From IMG/VR virus record IMGVR_UViG_3300024182_000003, positions 1 to 62,199 of that record: a stretch of 62,199 bases of DNA; one strand, written 5' to 3'. Source of the stretch: a virus. Taxonomy: Duplodnaviria > Caudoviricetes. The translations under genes were made by a program, and so were the position numbers. Under the pieces are notes generated by a model that saw nothing but the letters and a program-made list of their open reading frames with translations, searched no databases and was not told where the DNA came from. Positions 57,638 through 62,199 of the stretch are shown one piece after another. Each line of letters opens with the position of its first letter. Position 1 is the first letter of the stretch.

Positions 57638-57901
57638 ATGAGTTGGTCTGTTAGTTTGTTCGGAAGTCCATCAGGTGTATCGAGTAAGCTCGATGAGATC
57701 AGTGAGATGTTGACTGATCAATCGAAGGAAGAGTTCGATGAAGCAAAGCCGAATCTTCAAGGACTACTTTCGCAAGTGGTTGGTAACAATACGAACGTGA
57801 GACTAGTTGCGAGTGGTCACGCGAGTTTTACTGACGGTGAGAAGACAAACGGAAACATCACTGTCGATTTGAGCACATTCTACGGTGAATGGTGCGACTA
57901 A
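57638..57901 (+). CDS. Hypothetical acidic protein
   Basis: AAGGAG RBS; 87 aa. Confidence 0.6.
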   Translation: MSWSVSLFGSPSGVSSKLDEISEMLTDQSKEEFDEAKPNLQGLLSQVVGNNTNVRLVASGHASFTDGEKTNGNITVDLSTFYGEWCD

Positions 57902-57905
57902 AGAT

Positions 57906-58162
57906 TTCGGCCCTGGAAATTCACTCGAAAGGAGTATGGCAAACTGCTAATCGGTGAAACGTGATGACAACCTTCCAAACTCCAGGGCCGAACTTACAAT
58001 TGATATAGCTAACGTCAAAAGGCTTGCCGACGCAAAGAGGTTCGACGATACAGGCCAGAAGTCTGCAACGACTCTCTTGACGTTAGCTTCTATTTAAGGT
58101 GTTACGATGATGAGGGCTAAACTGGTACGAAAATGGGGTCGTACTAGATTATCGTAACATCT
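57906..58162. ncRNA. Candidate structured RNA(s): three consecutive stem-closed domains
   Basis: 12-15-bp closing stems at 57906-57992, 58007-58088, 58097-58162 in a non-coding gap. Confidence 0.4.
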
Positions 58163-58163
58163 T

Positions 58164-59885
58164 TTGTCACTTCGGAGTGACGTAAGGGTGCAACGGAGAG
58201 ACTTTTTACACGGTAGTGCCGCAAGCTTAGCCGCAGGACTCTTAACTCCTACCATCGATCTTATAGGTTCTCGCCCTGAATCAGCCGCTGAATCCTTTTG
58301 TCGTGATCTCGCATCAGCCTTAGCTCCGAATATAGGTGTACAGCAACCGTTTATTGATTGGTTGCCCGGTGCTTCACCTTCTACTTGGCGCTTCGATGGA
58401 GCAAACGTAAGATTTCAGGCAGCGAAACTTCAAGAACTGCTTCACGGTGGATGCGATAAGGGTCATATCAATTACTTACGTTTGACTGTAGGTGCCGAAT
58501 GTCCTATCGAGACTTGTAGCGGTAAGATTGAAGGCCCAGGCATTAAGGATTATGACGGTAAACGTAAGCGGAGGATGATGCTATTTGAACCTCCGCGTCA
58601 CTTTAAGACCGAGACTGTTACAGTTCGCTTTCCCGTCTACTTTATGCAGGACAATCCAGTAAGACGTGTTCTGCTTTCGTCGTATAATCAAGACTTCACG
58701 AATAAAGTCTCTCGTAAGATGAGGCGAGTTGCTGAAGGTCGCCTTGACATCATTGGCAAGCTCGTACAAGATTGGGAACTTCAACAAGGCGGTGGAGTAA
58801 CTGCGCGAGGTGTTGGTGCTGGCGCGGCAGGATTAGGCGCACATCTAATTATTATCGATGATCCTATTAAGAGTCACGCTGAGGCAAACTCGCCTACTTA
58901 TCGTGAGGGTATTTGGGAATGGTGGAGTGACGAAATATTTACTCGACAAGAGCCTGAGATTGAAGGTGGCGAAGCTTTAATGATCTTAATGTTTGCTCGT
59001 TGGCACGAGGATGATTTAGCTGGCCGTATAATGGACTCCGAAGATGCCGAAGAGTGGGCCGTTATTAACGTTCCTGCTGAAGCTGAGACGCAAGAAGAGC
59101 GAGACTATTGGGCGAAGAAATGGGGATTAGAGCATCACGTTGGTCAACCCGATCCTTTGGGACGCCAACCAGGAGAAGCGTTAGACGAAGATCGGTTTCC
59201 ATCGAAGAAACTTGAGAAGTTCAAGAAGGTCGTTATTGGATATTCAGGACTTTATCAAGGTCGTCCACGTAGAAAGCAAGGGCGAAGATTTCAAGAAGAA
59301 TGGTTCAATCATCGTGTCAAGTGGGATCAAGTACCTAAACGCAATATGGTTTGGGTACGCTATTGGGATAAAGCAGGAACTGAAGGTGGAGGTAAGCGAA
59401 CGGCAGGTGTGTTGATGGGAATTCATCAGCCTACGCTTATGGTTTACGTCGCTGATTCTCATTGCGGACAGTGGGAAGCACATAAACGTGAACGTGAGAT
59501 CAAGAACGTGGCTTTAGCCGATAGTATTCGTTTTGGAAGTAAGAGCGAAGTAACTATTTACGTTGAGCAAGAACCAGGATCAGGCGGATTAGAGTCCGCG
59601 ATGAATACTGTTAAGAATCTAATCGGGTATAAGTGTTATAGACGATCACCTCAAGGTAATAAGGCAGCGCGAGCAGAACCTTTCGAATTTTATGCTTCAA
59701 ACTCGATGGTTATTCTTGTACAGGGGCCGTGGATTAAGAGTTGGCTTGACGAACACCTTGACTTTTCAGAAGATGCGTTGTTTACTGATCAGGTTGATGC
59801 CACGTCAGGTGCTTTCGGTGAGCTTGCAATAGTTGCGGAGATTGATGAAGATGTCGGAAGTGTTGGAGGATCAGTCTTCGGTTGA
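58164..59885 (+). CDS. terL: Terminase large subunit
   Basis: PPRH.KT Walker A, IIIDDPIK Walker B, RWHEDDL.GR, RYWD.A, EQEPGSGG, DQVDA; alternative start GTG 58188. Confidence 0.93.
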   Translation: MSLRSDVRVQRRDFLHGSAASLAAGLLTPTIDLIGSRPESAAESFCRDLASALAPNIGVQQPFIDWLPGASPSTWRFDGANVRFQAAKLQELLHGGCDKGHINYLRLTVGAECPIETCSGKIEGPGIKDYDGKRKRRMMLFEPPRHFKTETVTVRFPVYFMQDNPVRRVLLSSYNQDFTNKVSRKMRRVAEGRLDIIGKLVQDWELQQGGGVTARGVGAGAAGLGAHLIIIDDPIKSHAEANSPTYREGIWEWWSDEIFTRQEPEIEGGEALMILMFARWHEDDLAGRIMDSEDAEEWAVINVPAEAETQEERDYWAKKWGLEHHVGQPDPLGRQPGEALDEDRFPSKKLEKFKKVVIGYSGLYQGRPRRKQGRRFQEEWFNHRVKWDQVPKRNMVWVRYWDKAGTEGGGKRTAGVLMGIHQPTLMVYVADSHCGQWEAHKREREIKNVALADSIRFGSKSEVTIYVEQEPGSGGLESAMNTVKNLIGYKCYRRSPQGNKAARAEPFEFYASNSMVILVQGPWIKSWLDEHLDFSEDALFTDQVDATSGAFGELAIVAEIDEDVGSVGGSVFG

Positions 59886-60075
59886 TCCATTAACAGGAAG
59901 TAAGCAACGTTGTAAGTGCGGTTGGTTAGTTCCGAATAATAAGACTTTAACTATAACACTCAATCGTGAAGAAGGATGTGAGCACGATTATGAAGTTGCG
60001 GAAGTTGAAATGGCCTGTCCTGAATGCGGTAATGTATTTGCGGTTGATGGTTTAGTTCCGCTAGTAATACATTAA
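59851..60075 (+). CDS. Small Zn-ribbon protein
   Basis: CKCG...CPECG. Confidence 0.45.
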   Translation: MSEVLEDQSSVDPLTGSKQRCKCGWLVPNNKTLTITLNREEGCEHDYEVAEVEMACPECGNVFAVDGLVPLVIH

Positions 60076-60104
60076 ACGTAACTTTGAAGTGACACGGAGA
60101 AAAG

Positions 60105-61790
60105 ATGGCGACGATAGAAATTGATCTAAGTCAACCATTCGAAGACCTATCTATCGAAAAGGTGAGAGCATTCGTTCAAGGCGTTGACGAAGGTATTCAA
60201 TCTAATCGTTTATATTTGGCTGGCGATCATTGGCAAGATGGTACTGCGTGGATAGGGCCGCGTCCAGATGAAGCAGGAAATACGAAGTTTCAAGATACGA
60301 TGAAAGAGATTTCGAAGGCTCTCGTATCTAAGAACGTTGTAAAGGAAGTAGTCTTTCGTCATAGTTCAGCCGTTATAGGTCACGATCCAAACTACGTCTT
60401 TACTCTTAAGCGTCCACTCAAGAAAAATACAAACACCGATCCAACAGGTGACGTTACTCCCGAAAAGCCTAATCCGACAGAACAAGAGGTAATCGATGAA
60501 GTTGAAGCTGCTATTGTCGAATGGTGGGATAAGCGACGAATGCTTCACTTACTTCGTAGTTCTGTTGAACGTTTGCTTAACGAAGGTAAGGTAGTGTTGC
60601 GAGTCTTTATTCCTCGTAACAACTTGACTATCGCTGAAGACGGTAAGGTCAAGATCAATTTCGCTAGTGGAGCGACCGAAGGCGATGCACTTCGTTCTGC
60701 GTTATCTAAGTTGTTTGTCGATTTAATTGATAATGATAGTTCTGGCGTACATAGTGATCCTAATACTCGCGCTGAGCTTGGATTTTATCTGACGAAGATT
60801 CCAACTAATCCCGAAGGAACAGAAGAGCAAGACGTAGCCGAGGTTTGTTACACTAATGACCAGGGAGAAACTATCTTACAAGTTATTACTGAAGGCGAGT
60901 CAACTAAAGAAGACGTAAACAAGACTGTCTTGAAGCTCGATGGTCATCTAACGATTTTTGAAGTTCGAGAAAGTGAGATTATTACTGAGCAAATTCGTCA
61001 AAATCAAAACCTGATAAACCTCGCGCTTACTATGATGACTCGTAATGTTGTTTATGCGGGTTTTCGTGAACGAGTTATTATCAATGCCAACCTTCCCGAT
61101 CAAAAGAAGACGATTGAAGATGACGAAGAGAAGTTCTTCCCGAACGTTTACTCTGTTGGTGTTGGTGCAGTTCATAATCTTATTGGTCATACATTTACTG
61201 ATGCTGCGGGAGTGAAGACCTATACTCAACCATCGATGCAAATCTTCGATCCTGTCTCGCCTGATACCTTTATTGCAACTGCCGACAAAGCTTATGCGAA
61301 CATACTAGAGGAAGTATCGCAACTTCACGCGCTTATTGCTGGCGATGCAGTAACAAGCGGAGTAAGTCGTATTCAGGCCAAGGATGATTTTCGTGCTCGT
61401 GTGTCACCAACGAAAGGTGCAGTTGATGAACTTGTGCGGTGGATACTTGAAACGATACTAGCTTTTGCTGCATCGATTGCAAACAAGTCGGCACGGTACA
61501 GTATTTTGCGCGTTAATACCGATACGAAGATTGACATTGGTAGACCTGATGCGAACGAGGTAACAGTTGCGACAACTTTGGTCGATAAGAAGATATGGTC
61601 ACGTCAACGTGTTCAGATATATACTGGCGTTGATGATCCTGCGGCTGAAGATGCGTTGATTTCACAAGAGAATCCGCAGCATAAGATCGAGCTTGCAACA
61701 AAACAACAAGTTCTCGCTAATGAGCAAGCGTTTGGTGCTTCGATTGGTGCGGACTCTCAGACAGGTGGAGCAGCGGGGCAAGGTGCGTAG
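60105..61790 (+). CDS. Portal protein
   Basis: 561 aa after terL; Y..GDHWQ, SG.SR, helical C-terminus typical of SPP1-like portals. Confidence 0.8.
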   Translation: MATIEIDLSQPFEDLSIEKVRAFVQGVDEGIQSNRLYLAGDHWQDGTAWIGPRPDEAGNTKFQDTMKEISKALVSKNVVKEVVFRHSSAVIGHDPNYVFTLKRPLKKNTNTDPTGDVTPEKPNPTEQEVIDEVEAAIVEWWDKRRMLHLLRSSVERLLNEGKVVLRVFIPRNNLTIAEDGKVKINFASGATEGDALRSALSKLFVDLIDNDSSGVHSDPNTRAELGFYLTKIPTNPEGTEEQDVAEVCYTNDQGETILQVITEGESTKEDVNKTVLKLDGHLTIFEVRESEIITEQIRQNQNLINLALTMMTRNVVYAGFRERVIINANLPDQKKTIEDDEEKFFPNVYSVGVGAVHNLIGHTFTDAAGVKTYTQPSMQIFDPVSPDTFIATADKAYANILEEVSQLHALIAGDAVTSGVSRIQAKDDFRARVSPTKGAVDELVRWILETILAFAASIANKSARYSILRVNTDTKIDIGRPDANEVTVATTLVDKKIWSRQRVQIYTGVDDPAAEDALISQENPQHKIELATKQQVLANEQAFGASIGADSQTGGAAGQGA

Positions 61791-61805
61791 TGTCACTTTG
61801 GAGTG

Positions 61806-62199
61806 ATGAATTCGTTTATCCGACAAGCTGTTGTTCAACAACAAGACGCATTTGCTGAGCAAGTACGTAAGCTCGCAGAGATACTTGAACGAAGTGGAAA
61901 TACCGATGCTTGGCAAACCAGGATGCAAGCTGCGATTCGGCAAAACATCTTAGAGCAAGCTCGTAATGTAATCCAGGCACGACTGCCAAACGGTGTTGGT
62001 GATATAGCGGCGAAGTTACTTCTTCAAGACGTTAAGTATCTGAATCGGTTTCGAAATGAGATTGATCGAAAGCTTGTTACTGACGAACTCAGTGTTGATG
62101 GTGTCGCTAATCGAAGTAGTCTGTATGGTCGTACTGGCATACAGATGGCGTGGATCATTGATGAGTCGCTTGAGATTGACGGTATCAATGAAGACGATC
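61806..62199 (+). CDS. N-terminal part of putative minor head protein (continues at window start to 391)
   Basis: Open frame from ATG 61806 (inside a dyad) through the terminal repeat, in frame with 71..391. Confidence 0.75.
   Translation, partial: MNSFIRQAVVQQQDAFAEQVRKLAEILERSGNTDAWQTRMQAAIRQNILEQARNVIQARLPNGVGDIAAKLLLQDVKYLNRFRNEIDRKLVTDELSVDGVANRSSLYGRTGIQMAWIIDESLEIDGINEDD
62075..62199. repeat. Direct terminal repeat (copy 2)
   Basis: Identical to 1-125. Confidence 0.95.

Larger units (their letters stand above)
1117..61808. repeat. Dispersed 18-bp dyad, consensus YRT(C/A)AC-YYYRRR-GT(G/T)AYR, 45 copies
   Basis: Starts read by eye: 1117, 3842, 4838, 6947, 8271, 10686, 12186, 13574, 16013, 17818, 19764, 21624, 23118, 23500, 24855, 26205, 26499, 28355, 29759, 30748, 32856, 35240, 38238, 38829, 39798, 41982, 43075, 44812, 45814, 46319, 47704, 48869, 48980, 49893, 50615, 52136, 52754, 53606, 54774 (degenerate), 55795, 56691, 57607, 58165, 60077, 61791; plus a 17-bp variant at 26315. 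Confidence 0.95.

Noticed and set aside
57920-58140. c-di-GMP-I riboswitch or hammerhead ribozyme
   Set aside because: GGCAAAC, GAAA and GACGCAAAG are in the wrong order and in separate stems; TGATGAG...CGAAA lacks the core C and a pairing stem II
1117-61808. 18-bp dyads as a CRISPR array or as intrinsic terminators
   Set aside because: Copies are kilobases apart with no spacer structure or cas genes; no U-tracts; many arm mismatches are non-compensatory
62075-62199. 125-bp repeat as a biological terminal repeat
   Set aside because: It falls mid-gene with the frame preserved, which fits an assembler overlap on a circular contig
1-62199. tRNA genes, diversity-generating retroelement, alternative genetic code
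   Set aside because: No cloverleaf, reverse transcriptase or TR/VR pair seen; conserved genes are full-length in the standard code

Overview
The window looks like a complete, circularly assembled dsDNA tailed-phage genome. Unit length is 62,074 bp: bases 62075-62199 repeat bases 1-125, and a head-morphogenesis ORF reads in frame across the join. Layout: (+) terminase, portal, head, tail and lysis genes (56.7 kb through the join to 25.7 kb; no sheath gene, so siphovirus-like); (-) a replication/recombination arm (25.8-48.8 kb: initiator, DnaB, SSB, RecE-like nuclease, UvrD-like helicase, Hjc-like resolvase, two MazG-like enzymes); (+) an accessory block (49-56 kb: PP-loop/PAPS-reductase-like enzyme, ParB-N protein, DUF488, two YkgJ proteins, RecA, ThyX). 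I found no integrase, DNA polymerase, tRNA or CRISPR array. The strongest unexplained signal is an 18-bp dyad, YRT(C/A)AC-YYYRRR-GT(G/T)AYR, counted by eye in 45 copies. It covers the whole circle with no gap above about 3 kb and occurs at gene junctions, at promoters and inside conserved genes. Other signals: a gap-free ~150-bp element in 3 copies, each ending in the dyad; a precursor-peptide-like cassette (Lys/Gly micro-peptide, hairpin, PP-loop enzyme, ParB-N); apparent total absence of CATG; a response regulator in the lysis cassette; and stem-closed candidate RNAs upstream of terL. All calls come from reading motifs by eye; no database search was run.
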